Below are positions 52,222 through 61,497 of a stretch of DNA of 64,000 bases, piece by piece. Positions within the stretch are counted from its first letter, which is position 1. Every line of letters begins with the position of its first letter. The stretch is taken from NCBI GenBank assembly GCA_044229975.1, contig JBGARZ010000002.1, positions 384,001 to 448,000 of the forward strand, read 5' to 3'. Source of the stretch: Polyangiales bacterium (GTDB lineage Bacteria; Myxococcota_A; Polyangia; Polyangiales; Ga0077539). A program made the translations under genes and the position numbers. Under the pieces are notes generated by a model. It had not been told where the DNA came from and did not search any database. It worked only from the letters and a program-made list of their open reading frames with translations.

Positions 52222-52626
52222 ATGGCACGCCCCCTCCGCGTCTCCGTCCGCTGTCCGCACGCCAAGCCCGAGGACCTCTGCTCCCTCCCGCCCGGCGTCC
52301 GCTACTGCCTCTGCTACGCCGACCAGCACCGCGAGCCCGTCGGCGTCGTGAGCGTGCAGCACGGACAGCTCCTCTGGTCGGTGCCCGTCGCGGGGAAGGC
52401 CCGCGGGCTCTACTCGTACGTCGCCGTCGTTCGGCAGGGCACCGTGCTCACGCCGGTCGAGTTGCAGGACGAGGTCGCCGTCCGCGAGACCGTCGAAAAC
52501 GGCCGCGCCATCTACATCCTCCGCGGCCCGCGCGATCAGCGCCTGGAGGTCGCCGCCGCCTCGCTCGTCGAGGCCGCCGTGGACAACCGCGAGTACGTCG
52601 ATGCCAGCGTCATCACCGCGCACTGA
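52222..52626 (+). CDS. Small beta-rich hypothetical protein
   Basis: MARPLRVSVRCPH..., 10 bp after the previous stop. About 134 aa with four Cys near the N-terminus. Confidence 0.65.
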   Translation: MARPLRVSVRCPHAKPEDLCSLPPGVRYCLCYADQHREPVGVVSVQHGQLLWSVPVAGKARGLYSYVAVVRQGTVLTPVELQDEVAVRETVENGRAIYILRGPRDQRLEVAAASLVEAAVDNREYVDASVITAH

Positions 52627-54091
52627 GCGCGCGGTCGCAGCGGCGCTGCTCGCCCTCGCCGCCTGCAACTCCCGCTCGCCCTCGTCGCCCACCCCGCCGG
52701 GCCCGTCGCCCGTCCCCACGCCGACCGCGCCCACCGCCCCCGCGGTCCCACCCGGCCGCGGCGCGCAGGTCTTCGTCGACGTCTCCGAGAGCATCCGCGG
52801 CTTCACCTCGACGCGCTCCACCGCGCTCCAGACGCTGCACGCGCAGGTCATCGAAGCGTCGCTCTCCGCGCTCCAGCTCAACAACCCCTTCCAGCGCTGC
52901 GCCGTCGACGCCGCCGTCCGTTGCACCGCTCCGCAGCTCACCGCGCAGCAGGCGCGCCTCCCTACGACCTATGCGGGCGCCTCCGCGTCGTTGCACCTCG
53001 CGCTCCGTCGCCCGCCTCGCGCTCCGCGGCCCGACCTGCAACAGCCCGATCCGCTCGACCCGTACAACATCACGGTGCTGGTGACCGACGGCTTCCAGAG
53101 CACCAGCACGCCCTTCCAACCGGGCGCGACGGGCGACGTTGCGTGCACCGCAGGCGCCGACCCGAGCTGCCTCGCGGCGCTCCTCCGACAGCGCGTGGAA
53201 GAGGGCTACGGCCTGTGGGTCGGTCGGCTCATCCTCCCCTTCGACGGCCGCTACTTCGCCGAGCGTCGCCTCGACCCGGCGATGTGGACGCGGGTCACGC
53301 AACACGTCGCCGCCCTCAACACCGACCCTCTCTGGAACGGCGTGCGCTTCAACGCCTCCTCCCCATCGATGACCGGCGAGTCGGGCGCGTTTCGCTGGCA
53401 GGGCGCGCGGCCGTTGTTGGTGTTCGTGCTCACGCGGGACATCCCGCGCGGTCGACAGTTCGTCGGCGAGATGCAGCGACGCTTGCAGGTCGAGCGCATC
53501 ACGCTGCGACAGTCGGCGTCGGACGTCGACTTCAGCGAGTGGTCGCCCTTCGAGGGCCTCACCGCGCGCGTGCTCAACGCCGTCCGCAACGAGAGCGGCG
53601 GTACCTCCGACAGCGTCCTCGTCGATCGTCCCACGCGGCAGGGCGAGACCTTCATCATCCCCGCGCGTTGTGACGTCCACGGCCAGGCGCGCATCCGCAT
53701 GGACGGTGCCATCCAGTTCGGCGCGATGCCTCCGCCGCCCATCGCGCAGGTGTCCCTCACCTGGCAGTCGCCCGCTCCCCTCGACAGCTTCTTCCTGATG
53801 CCGCGCGAGGTGATGAACACCACGGCCGGACCCTTCACCGTCCGCACCGGCATCGACTGTCGGCAGCTCCCGCCCGGCACCCGCGACTACAACTTCGGCC
53901 TCTTCGGTCGATGGACCGTCAACCCCGCCGTGCTCGCCTCCGAGTGGTACACGACCGGCAGCGCCGAGACCTCGTACGACAGCCCCGAGAAGGTGTTCGG
54001 CCTCGCGGACCTCGCGCGCACCGTCATCGCCGCCGGCGTCAATCGCCAGGGTTATCTCGACCGCGTGACGCTCCGGGTCACGCGCCAGTAG
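52601..54091 (+). CDS. Lipoprotein with vWA-like (MIDAS) domain
   Basis: Lipobox LLALAAC and Pro-rich tether. MIDAS motif VFVDVSES (DxSxS) and VLVTDG. Confidence 0.75.
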   Translation: MPASSPRTERAVAAALLALAACNSRSPSSPTPPGPSPVPTPTAPTAPAVPPGRGAQVFVDVSESIRGFTSTRSTALQTLHAQVIEASLSALQLNNPFQRCAVDAAVRCTAPQLTAQQARLPTTYAGASASLHLALRRPPRAPRPDLQQPDPLDPYNITVLVTDGFQSTSTPFQPGATGDVACTAGADPSCLAALLRQRVEEGYGLWVGRLILPFDGRYFAERRLDPAMWTRVTQHVAALNTDPLWNGVRFNASSPSMTGESGAFRWQGARPLLVFVLTRDIPRGRQFVGEMQRRLQVERITLRQSASDVDFSEWSPFEGLTARVLNAVRNESGGTSDSVLVDRPTRQGETFIIPARCDVHGQARIRMDGAIQFGAMPPPPIAQVSLTWQSPAPLDSFFLMPREVMNTTAGPFTVRTGIDCRQLPPGTRDYNFGLFGRWTVNPAVLASEWYTTGSAETSYDSPEKVFGLADLARTVIAAGVNRQGYLDRVTLRVTRQ

Positions 54092-54104
54092 GCGATCACC
54101 GCGC

Positions 54105-55742
54105 GTGGCGATCTACGGCATCGACCTCGGAACGACGTACTGCTCCGTCGCCTACGTCGAGCGCGGTCAGCCCCGCCTCGTCACGCTCGAAAACGGCGGC
54201 CCCACCCTCGCCTCGCTCGTCCTTCTCTCTTCTCGTCCGACGCCCCGCGCCCTCGTCGGCGCCCACGCTCCAGCGGCCTATCGCGAGCTCGTCGGCGAGG
54301 CCGAGCGCGCGCCCGATGACGTGGTCCTCGTGCGCGGCTCCAAGAACCACATCGGCGTCGGAACGGCCGTCTACGCCGGTCCCCCGTGGCGTCTCGGAGC
54401 ACAGGAGCTCTTCGCGACCGACGTGGCCGCGGTGATCCTCCGCGCGCTGGCCGAGATGGTGCGCGCGCGCCCGGCGTTGCCGCCGCTCGACGGCGTGGTG
54501 GTGTCGCACCCGCAGCGCTTCCGCAACCGCGAGAAGCTCGCCACCGGACAGGCCGCGAAGATGGCCGGCCTCCCGCTGTGGGGAATGATCACCGAGCCCG
54601 ACGCCGCGGGCTGGGCCTACGGTCTCCAGTCGAGAGCCGCGAGCACGTCACAGACCTTCATGGTCTTCGACTTCGGCGGCGGAACCCTCGACGTCACCCT
54701 GCTCCGTCGCGACGGCGCACGTCTTCAGGCCATCGACTCCTACGGGGTTCAGCTCGGCGGGCTCGCGATCGATCAGCGCGTCCGTGACGCCCTCGTCGCG
54801 CAGTACGCCGAGCGCGCGTCCGACCAGGCGTTCAGCCTCGCGGCGGTGAACGAATCCACCCGCGAACGCCTCCTCGAACTGGCCGAGTGGTTCAAGGTCT
54901 CGCTCAACACCGACGCTGGCGCCGACCCCTCGCCGCTGTCGCGGGTGCGCCGACGGAAGTTCACCCCGGTCTTCGACCGCGACACCGAAGGCGAAGAGGT
55001 CACCCTCGAACTCTCCCTCGCCGACCTCGCGCGCTGCATCGGCGGCGAGCTCGACCGCGCCATGGCCTGCGCCGACGAGGCCCTGCGCCGCGCAGGTGTC
55101 GATTGGAGTTCCCTGGATGAGGTTCTCCTCACGGGAGGCTCATCGCTGCTCTGGCCGATGCAGCAGCGCATGCGCGAACGCTGTCCAAGGGTGCGAATCC
55201 ACGACGATCCCGGGCACCCGTTGAACCCGCTCACCATCGTCGCGGCGGGGGCGGCCGTCTACGGCGCGTCGCTCGCCGAGGGAGGCGCTCGCGTGGGCGT
55301 CGAGCTGCGCGGCGTGGTGCCCGACACCTTCCACGTGCGCGCGTGGGAGCCCGCGCCGGGGACGCCCGAGGGTCGTCGCGCGGTGCTCATCCCCTTGGTC
55401 CCGGCGGGGACGGCGACGCCCTTCGTGGGGCGACGGACGTTCAGCGTGCGCGGCGGGTCGAGCGTGCTCCCGGTGGAGGTCTTCGAGGGCCGCTCGGAGC
55501 GCGAGGCGACCCGCGTGGGCGAGTACCGATTGACCTTCGCGCAACCGATGCCCGATGGCGCGAAGGCGGAGGTGCGCCTCGACGTGCGCGCCAACGGGGT
55601 GCTGGTGCTCTCGGTGCAGGACGCGGCGACGGGCGACGTGCGCGAGGCCCGTCTCGACGACGCGCCGGGCCTCTACTCGGACGACGAGCTCGCGAAGCGA
55701 GCGTCGTGGCTGCAATCGCTCCGCGTCGACTGGAACGGCTGA
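54105..55742 (+). CDS. Hsp70/DnaK-family protein lacking the C-terminal lid
   Basis: GIDLGTTY, ITEPDAA, FDFGGGTLDV and LLTGGSS. Substrate-binding-domain motifs VEVFEG and LDVRANGVL. Only 545 aa. Confidence 0.9.
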   Translation: MAIYGIDLGTTYCSVAYVERGQPRLVTLENGGPTLASLVLLSSRPTPRALVGAHAPAAYRELVGEAERAPDDVVLVRGSKNHIGVGTAVYAGPPWRLGAQELFATDVAAVILRALAEMVRARPALPPLDGVVVSHPQRFRNREKLATGQAAKMAGLPLWGMITEPDAAGWAYGLQSRAASTSQTFMVFDFGGGTLDVTLLRRDGARLQAIDSYGVQLGGLAIDQRVRDALVAQYAERASDQAFSLAAVNESTRERLLELAEWFKVSLNTDAGADPSPLSRVRRRKFTPVFDRDTEGEEVTLELSLADLARCIGGELDRAMACADEALRRAGVDWSSLDEVLLTGGSSLLWPMQQRMRERCPRVRIHDDPGHPLNPLTIVAAGAAVYGASLAEGGARVGVELRGVVPDTFHVRAWEPAPGTPEGRRAVLIPLVPAGTATPFVGRRTFSVRGGSSVLPVEVFEGRSEREATRVGEYRLTFAQPMPDGAKAEVRLDVRANGVLVLSVQDAATGDVREARLDDAPGLYSDDELAKRASWLQSLRVDWNG

Positions 55743-55784
55743 CCTCGCGAGTACCTCGTCGCAAGAACTCCGACGGGTTGGAGA

Positions 55785-55882
55785 GGCCGCAAGGGCGCCA
55801 GGGTCGCAAGGGAGGGACCAACAGACCGATTCACCAACAGCTCATCTCATCTCGTCCTTGCGATCCTGGCGCCCTTGCGGCC
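55785..55882. repeat. Inverted repeat (REP-like element or large stem-loop) between convergent genes
   Basis: 55785-55811 GGCCGCAAGGGCGCCAGGGTCGCAAGG pairs with 55856-55882 at 26/27 positions around a less GC-rich 44-nt spacer. Confidence 0.75.
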
Positions 55883-55986
55883 CCACCCCCAACAGCCACG
55901 TCGCAAGGTGCCTGATGCGGGCCGCGATCTCCGCCTCGCCTGCCGCGAGCCCGGAGCGCGCCGCCAAAGGCGAGGCCGCGGGCCTC

Positions 55987-56457
55987 TCATACGTCCACCC
56001 AGCTCGCGTCGAAGTCGAGCGGCTCGTCGGTCACCCCGACGTCGTCCGCGTCGTTCCACACGGTCAACGCCCACCCGTCGAAGGCCAGCTCGATGCCGCC
56101 GCAGAGCTCACCCGCCGCAAGCAGTCGTACGCGGCGCACGACCACCCCTCGCAGCCGCTGCAGCACTGCTGGCCGGTCGCCAACCCACCACGACGCGTCG
56201 TCCCTGCCGACGATCGAGTGGCGGGGCGGGCGGCCGAGGTCGAGCGTGTCGCACGTCACGCCGAACTCGCCAGGGCCGATCGTCCACAGCTCAATCTGAC
56301 GAACGCCCACGCACAGCACGATCGGTGACCAGGAGTGCAGGTCGTCCCACGGCCCGTACCACTCCGCCCACGCGCGCTCGATCGGCTGACCGATCAAGCC
56401 ACGCAGCAGGGCGCCGTGTTCGGCGAGCACGTCGTCCAGTCGGGTCGCGATCCGCAA
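55987..56457 (-). CDS. Hypothetical protein
   Basis: 156-aa Trp-rich ORF with globular composition. It is the best candidate for this gap. Confidence 0.55.
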   Translation of the reverse strand: MRIATRLDDVLAEHGALLRGLIGQPIERAWAEWYGPWDDLHSWSPIVLCVGVRQIELWTIGPGEFGVTCDTLDLGRPPRHSIVGRDDASWWVGDRPAVLQRLRGVVVRRVRLLAAGELCGGIELAFDGWALTVWNDADDVGVTDEPLDFDASWVDV

Positions 56458-56690
56458 GGCACTTTCCTATCAGAAGCAGGCACGGGTCATTCGGACGTGC
56501 CTGTGTACGCGACGGTCGGGCCCACACTCTCGGACGCCCACGCCGCGACGTCAGCTCGTCGGCGCGCGTCGCTCGTCTGCCGTCTTCGCGTAAGGTCGGC
56601 GCAACGCCAACTCCACCGCATCACCATCGTTCGATTACCCGACCGGTGATGACGCTTCGCTCTCCCCCAACACCAGGAAGCCCTCCACCC

Positions 56691-57527
56691 ATGCCCGAGT
56701 TTCCCGAGGTCCATCATCAGGTCGTGTGGCTGCGTGAGCGCGCGACCGGCGCGGCCATCGAGGACTATGGCTTCACCGGCGGCCACTTCCCCGAGCTCAA
56801 GGACGACCCCGCGAAGAAGGCGAAGCTCGACGCGTTCTTCAAGGGCGCGACGCTTCGCACGATCACCCAACGCGGCAAGCACATCGTCATGTCGCTCTCG
56901 ACGGGCACCTGCACCTCGCACCTCATGCACTCGGGCCGTTGGACGATGGCCGACGAGCCCTACGTCTCCAACTACCGTCACCACAAAGACCTCCCGGCGA
57001 AGAAGGCCAGCACCTTCTGGATGACCTTCGGCGCACGACGCCTGGAGTTCAACGAGCCCGAGTACCGCGGCAAGGTCCGCGCGTTTCCGAAGCTCGCGAG
57101 CGATGAGGTCGACGAGCTACGCAAGCTCGGCCCCGACGTGATGCAGACCCCCGAGACCGACCCGGCGTACACACAGCCGTGGACGGTGGACTCGCTGCGG
57201 CGCTCGCTCTACGGCAACCGCAAGTCGGTGAAGGAGATCCTGCTCGATCAGGGTGAGCTCGCGGGCGTGGGCAACACCTACGCGTGCGAGGCGCTCTATC
57301 GCGCGGGCGTCGCGCCGACCGCGAAGGGCGCAGCGTTCGCGGCCGACCGCGTGGCGCCCCTGCACGCCGCCATCGTCGATGTCATCAGCGAGGCGATCGC
57401 GAGCGGGCTCGACTACGCGAAGGTGTTGAAGGTCTATCGGAAGGAGACCGACCCCGCGGGTCGCAAGGTCGAGGTCGTGAAGATCGGAGGGCGGGACACC
57501 TACTGGGTGCCCGAGCTGCAGCGGTAG
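56691..57527 (+). CDS. Fpg/Nei-family DNA glycosylase/AP lyase (zinc-less finger type)
   Basis: N-terminal MPEFPEV, RGKH, HLMHSG and LGPD. H2TH motif KEILLDQ..LAGVGNTYACEAL and terminal GRDTYWVPELQ. Confidence 0.9.
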   Translation: MPEFPEVHHQVVWLRERATGAAIEDYGFTGGHFPELKDDPAKKAKLDAFFKGATLRTITQRGKHIVMSLSTGTCTSHLMHSGRWTMADEPYVSNYRHHKDLPAKKASTFWMTFGARRLEFNEPEYRGKVRAFPKLASDEVDELRKLGPDVMQTPETDPAYTQPWTVDSLRRSLYGNRKSVKEILLDQGELAGVGNTYACEALYRAGVAPTAKGAAFAADRVAPLHAAIVDVISEAIASGLDYAKVLKVYRKETDPAGRKVEVVKIGGRDTYWVPELQR

Positions 57528-57528
57528 A

Positions 57529-59160
57529 TCAGCGCGCCGCGCTGAAGGTCAGCGTCATGCGCTGACGGGTCGGCGTGAAGGTGTTGTCGGTCTCGCCGTC
57601 GGCGACGCGGTTGGCGTCATGGCCGCGCTCCCAGGGGAGGTCGATGCGCATGCCGCCGAGGATGTCGGCGTAGGAGCGGAAGCGACCGTCGAGGAAAGCC
57701 ACCGCGAAGCGACCCGTCGAGGTGCCCGAGCCTTCGAGGTACACGGGCAGGCCGTTGGTGACGGTGTCGAGGTTGGCCGTGCCGCCCGGGTGCATGTCGA
57801 AGTACGCGTTGTAGTAGTTGAACGACACGCACGAGTTGACCATCAGGATCTGGTACCGGTTGGGAAACGACGACGCGCTGTAGTTGCGCGCATCGAGCGG
57901 GCCCGACCCCAGGTGCGAGTGCCCCGTGTACTGGAAGACGTCGACCTCGCGGAAGGCCGCCTGGTAGCGCTGCACCGCGCCCGACCCGAAGCTCTCCTCG
58001 TCGCCGTAGTACACGCGCACCTCCGCGGTGCCCGCGCGGGCCGTGCCGTTGATGGTGACGTTGGTCGGCGCGCTGAAGGTGATGGTCTTGTCGCGCCACT
58101 GCCGGATGACCGCGAGGCGGAAGGCGTCGCGCATCGCGAAGGACAGCTGCGAGGGGTAGTTGGTCTTGTCGACCATCCACTGCGTGACCTGCGCGAGGGT
58201 GACGTTGTTGACCGTGACGCCGCCGCCGGTGACCGTGGTGAGGTCGGTGCCGGGCGCCGAGGCTCGCAGCTCGGGCCGCGCCTGCGAGATGGCCCGAACG
58301 TACTGGAACAGGTTGCGCGCCCCGTAGTCGTTGGGGTCGTCGTGCTTGTCTTCGCCGAAGTACGACCCGATGACGAGGCGGCCGTCGTCCCAGATGCGGT
58401 GGTAGTCGGGGTACTTGGTCTCGGTGCGCGAGATGGCCGTGAACCGGATGGTGATGGGGGTGAACCAACGGGTGCTCTCGCCGACGCTGATCTCGCGGTC
58501 GCCGTTGCGGAGGAGGCGACGCTCGGCCGCGAGGCGCGTGACCTCGGCGTTGATGAGCGACTGACACCCGCTGAGGTGCGGCTCGAAGTTGTACCAGATG
58601 CCCGACGCGCCCCAGTCCTGGTGCTCGCTCTGGCACTGTTGGACGATCTCGCTGGAGTGGCTGTTGTAGTCGCCGAAGAGCGAGCTGGTCGACCACGCGC
58701 GGCGCGACTGGTGGCGGAGGTTGACCACCGCGCGGTCGCGGTACGTGAAGCGAACGCGCTGCATCTGCGCGACGCGCGCCTCGGGGCGGGCCGGGTCGAT
58801 GACGTCGACGGTGTCGCGCTGGAAGGTCGAGACGTCGATGAAGCTCGAAGCCGTCGGGGAGTCGAGGCGGTTGGCCAGGCCGATGTCCTGGGCCTTCATC
58901 GCGCCGAAGAGCGGACGAAGCTGCTGCACCGCCGCGCGCTGGATCTCGGAGTCGCTCGCGCCGACGCGCACCAGAACGTAGCTCTCGATGGTCGCGTTGC
59001 GTCCCACCGCGTTGGCGCCGGTGAGCTCGCTGACCGTCAGGTCGGTGGCCGACTCCGCGTCACTCTCGTCGTCGAGCAGCGCCTCGTCCGTCGCACAGCC
59101 TGCGAGCAGCAGCGCCACACAAGACACCCCGAGCCCGAACCGCGTCAGACGAGTTTCCAT
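57529..59160 (-). CDS. Lipoprotein, possible clan CD (caspase/gingipain-like) cysteine peptidase
   Basis: Lipobox LLLAGC. C-terminal VFQYTGHS and ILMVNSC motifs. Confidence 0.7.
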   Translation of the reverse strand: METRLTRFGLGVSCVALLLAGCATDEALLDDESDAESATDLTVSELTGANAVGRNATIESYVLVRVGASDSEIQRAAVQQLRPLFGAMKAQDIGLANRLDSPTASSFIDVSTFQRDTVDVIDPARPEARVAQMQRVRFTYRDRAVVNLRHQSRRAWSTSSLFGDYNSHSSEIVQQCQSEHQDWGASGIWYNFEPHLSGCQSLINAEVTRLAAERRLLRNGDREISVGESTRWFTPITIRFTAISRTETKYPDYHRIWDDGRLVIGSYFGEDKHDDPNDYGARNLFQYVRAISQARPELRASAPGTDLTTVTGGGVTVNNVTLAQVTQWMVDKTNYPSQLSFAMRDAFRLAVIRQWRDKTITFSAPTNVTINGTARAGTAEVRVYYGDEESFGSGAVQRYQAAFREVDVFQYTGHSHLGSGPLDARNYSASSFPNRYQILMVNSCVSFNYYNAYFDMHPGGTANLDTVTNGLPVYLEGSGTSTGRFAVAFLDGRFRSYADILGGMRIDLPWERGHDANRVADGETDNTFTPTRQRMTLTFSAAR

Positions 59161-59376
59161 GGTCAGCTCACCGCTCCATTGATGGGACGGACGACCTCCC
59201 TGGCCGTCACGATCGCCCGGCTTCTACGCGATGGCGCCGATGTAGGTCAAGCACCGATATCGGCAATCCGTCGAGGTTTGTTGCAAATCAATGAGGAGTG
59301 TCGGCTGCCGCGCCGCGTTGCCTTTCCGTGGGTGTCGAACGGATACTCGCGGCTCCTCTGAGGAGTCCAACCTTCC

Positions 59377-61494
59377 ATGCGCGCTCGACCCATCGGCCAT
59401 CGTGTCTCTCCCGTTGTGGTGTTCGGTCTCCTGGCCGGGTGCGAGGCGTCGACGCTCAACGTACCGCCCGAGCGCCTCGACGCGGGCGCCGATGTCTCGT
59501 CCGTCGACACCGGTCCTGACGTGCGACCGCCGCCCGCCCCGACGGTGGTTGGCGTGCAGCCCTCGCACGGGTCCTTCCTCGGTGGCACCGAGGTTACGGT
59601 GCGCGGCTCCAACTTCACCGAGGATTCCGTCGTGCGCTTCGGGGGCAACCTCGTTCAGCCGCGGTACACGACCTTCGTCGATCGCAACCGCATCACGGTT
59701 CGCACGCCCGCCGGGCGCGCGGGCGAGGTCGACGTGCAGGTCGAGGTCGACGGCCGCATCGGCACGCTGCCGGGTGGGTATCGGTACGACGCGTTCTACG
59801 TTGACCCGCCGATCGGTCCGACCACGGGCGGCGCGCGGGTGAGCGTGCACGGCCTCGGAACCCACTTCCGCGACGGCATGCGCGTCACCTTCGACGAGCT
59901 GCCCTGCACCGGGCTGACCGTCACGAGCGCCGAGCTCGCCTCGTGCCTCACGCCCGCGCACCCCGACGGACGCGCGGCCGTGGCCGTCAACAACGGCGAC
60001 GAACAGCTCTCCATCCCCGACGGCTACACCTACGCCGACGGCGGCGACACCATGGGCGGCCTCTCGGGCGGAACCCTCGCCGGCAGCCTCACCGTCACCG
60101 TGCTCAACGTGACGACGGGCGGCCCCGTGCCGTCGGCGTTCGTGTTCCTCAACGACGAGCCCGCGGCGGTGCCGCCCAACGCGGGGCAGACCAACGCGCG
60201 TGGCCAGGTGACGCTCTCGCCGCCGATGCTCCGCGCCCCGGTGACGGTGACCGCTTCGGAGCGCTGCTACACGACCACTACCATCCAGTCCTTCGACGCG
60301 CGCAACGCCACCATCTACCTCACGCCTCTGATGCTCCCCGGTTGCGGCATGGGCTCTTCCGGCGGCATGCCGCAGCGCCCTGTCTATCCGGCCGTTCTGT
60401 CGGGCGAGCTCGTGTGGCAGGGCTCCAACGAATTTGCCCCCAACCCCTGGTCGAACATCCCCGAACCCCGCCCCGGCTTCCACCGTGTCGCGTACGTCTG
60501 GACCACCCGCGACGACATCTTCACTCCTGATCCCAACGCGATGACGATCAACCTCCTGCGTGACGTCGTCTCCGAGGACGTCGCGCCCGGCTACGGCGGT
60601 CGCGGCTATCCCTTCTCGCTCCAGGCGCGACCCGCGGCGCTCGCCGTGTACGCACTCGCGGGCCTCGAATCCGACCTCGTCGAGGCGATGCCGGGGATGC
60701 CCGCCCCTCCGCCGCCGACCTTCATCCCGTGGGTGATGGGCGTCGCGCGCAGCGTGCTCGGCGCCCCTCGCGCCGAGGTCGAAAACATCATCATCGACAT
60801 GAACATCCCGCTCGACCACGAGACCCCGCTGGCGGTCGCGCCGCTCGACAGCATGGCCGCCGACGCGCCCGACATCTTCCACGCCAGCGCCTTCATCGAC
60901 CTCGGGGGCGAAGGGGTGATCCCGATGCCTCACGCCACCGTCACCGGCTTCGACGGCGGGAGCTATCGCCTCTCCGGTCTCCCGGCCTTCAGCCGCAACC
61001 TCGCCGACGCGCGGCTCACCGTGCACGCGCGCCTCGCCTCGGGAACCGTCACCGGCCCGACCGCGTTTCAGGACACCCCTGCCCCGTGCACGGGCCTCGT
61101 GATCTCGGGCATCACGTCCCCCGATGAGACGGTGCCGGTCCGCGGCTGGCTCGGCATCCCCTCGATGACCAACCCGCGGCAGGGCGAGCGCCTGCCCGAC
61201 GACCGCACGGTGCACTTCGAGATCCCGGGCATGTCGCCCGACCTGCTGATCTTCACGCTCCAGTGGGACGGTCGCTCGTGGCAGCACTACGCCCCCGGTG
61301 CCGAGCGCCTGGTCCGCTACCCCGACCTCTCGTCCCTCATGGGCCTCGCTGACCTCCCGGCGGGCTCCATCCTCGGGCTCTCGCTGGTGGGTCTGCGGCT
61401 GTCGGGCTTCGAGTTCGACCGCTTCACGTACACCACCATCGGCCCGCGCTACTGGACGGCGTACGCAGGCCGCGGCTCGTACCTGCTCCGGTAA
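59377..61494 (+). CDS. IPT/TIG-domain lipoprotein
   Basis: Lipobox LLAGC. Two IPT/TIG repeats (P..G...GGT.VTV.GSNF; GPTTGG.RVSV.G..F), then further beta-sandwich domains. Confidence 0.82.
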   Translation: MRARPIGHRVSPVVVFGLLAGCEASTLNVPPERLDAGADVSSVDTGPDVRPPPAPTVVGVQPSHGSFLGGTEVTVRGSNFTEDSVVRFGGNLVQPRYTTFVDRNRITVRTPAGRAGEVDVQVEVDGRIGTLPGGYRYDAFYVDPPIGPTTGGARVSVHGLGTHFRDGMRVTFDELPCTGLTVTSAELASCLTPAHPDGRAAVAVNNGDEQLSIPDGYTYADGGDTMGGLSGGTLAGSLTVTVLNVTTGGPVPSAFVFLNDEPAAVPPNAGQTNARGQVTLSPPMLRAPVTVTASERCYTTTTIQSFDARNATIYLTPLMLPGCGMGSSGGMPQRPVYPAVLSGELVWQGSNEFAPNPWSNIPEPRPGFHRVAYVWTTRDDIFTPDPNAMTINLLRDVVSEDVAPGYGGRGYPFSLQARPAALAVYALAGLESDLVEAMPGMPAPPPPTFIPWVMGVARSVLGAPRAEVENIIIDMNIPLDHETPLAVAPLDSMAADAPDIFHASAFIDLGGEGVIPMPHATVTGFDGGSYRLSGLPAFSRNLADARLTVHARLASGTVTGPTAFQDTPAPCTGLVISGITSPDETVPVRGWLGIPSMTNPRQGERLPDDRTVHFEIPGMSPDLLIFTLQWDGRSWQHYAPGAERLVRYPDLSSLMGLADLPAGSILGLSLVGLRLSGFEFDRFTYTTIGPRYWTAYAGRGSYLLR

Positions 61495-61497
61495 GAA

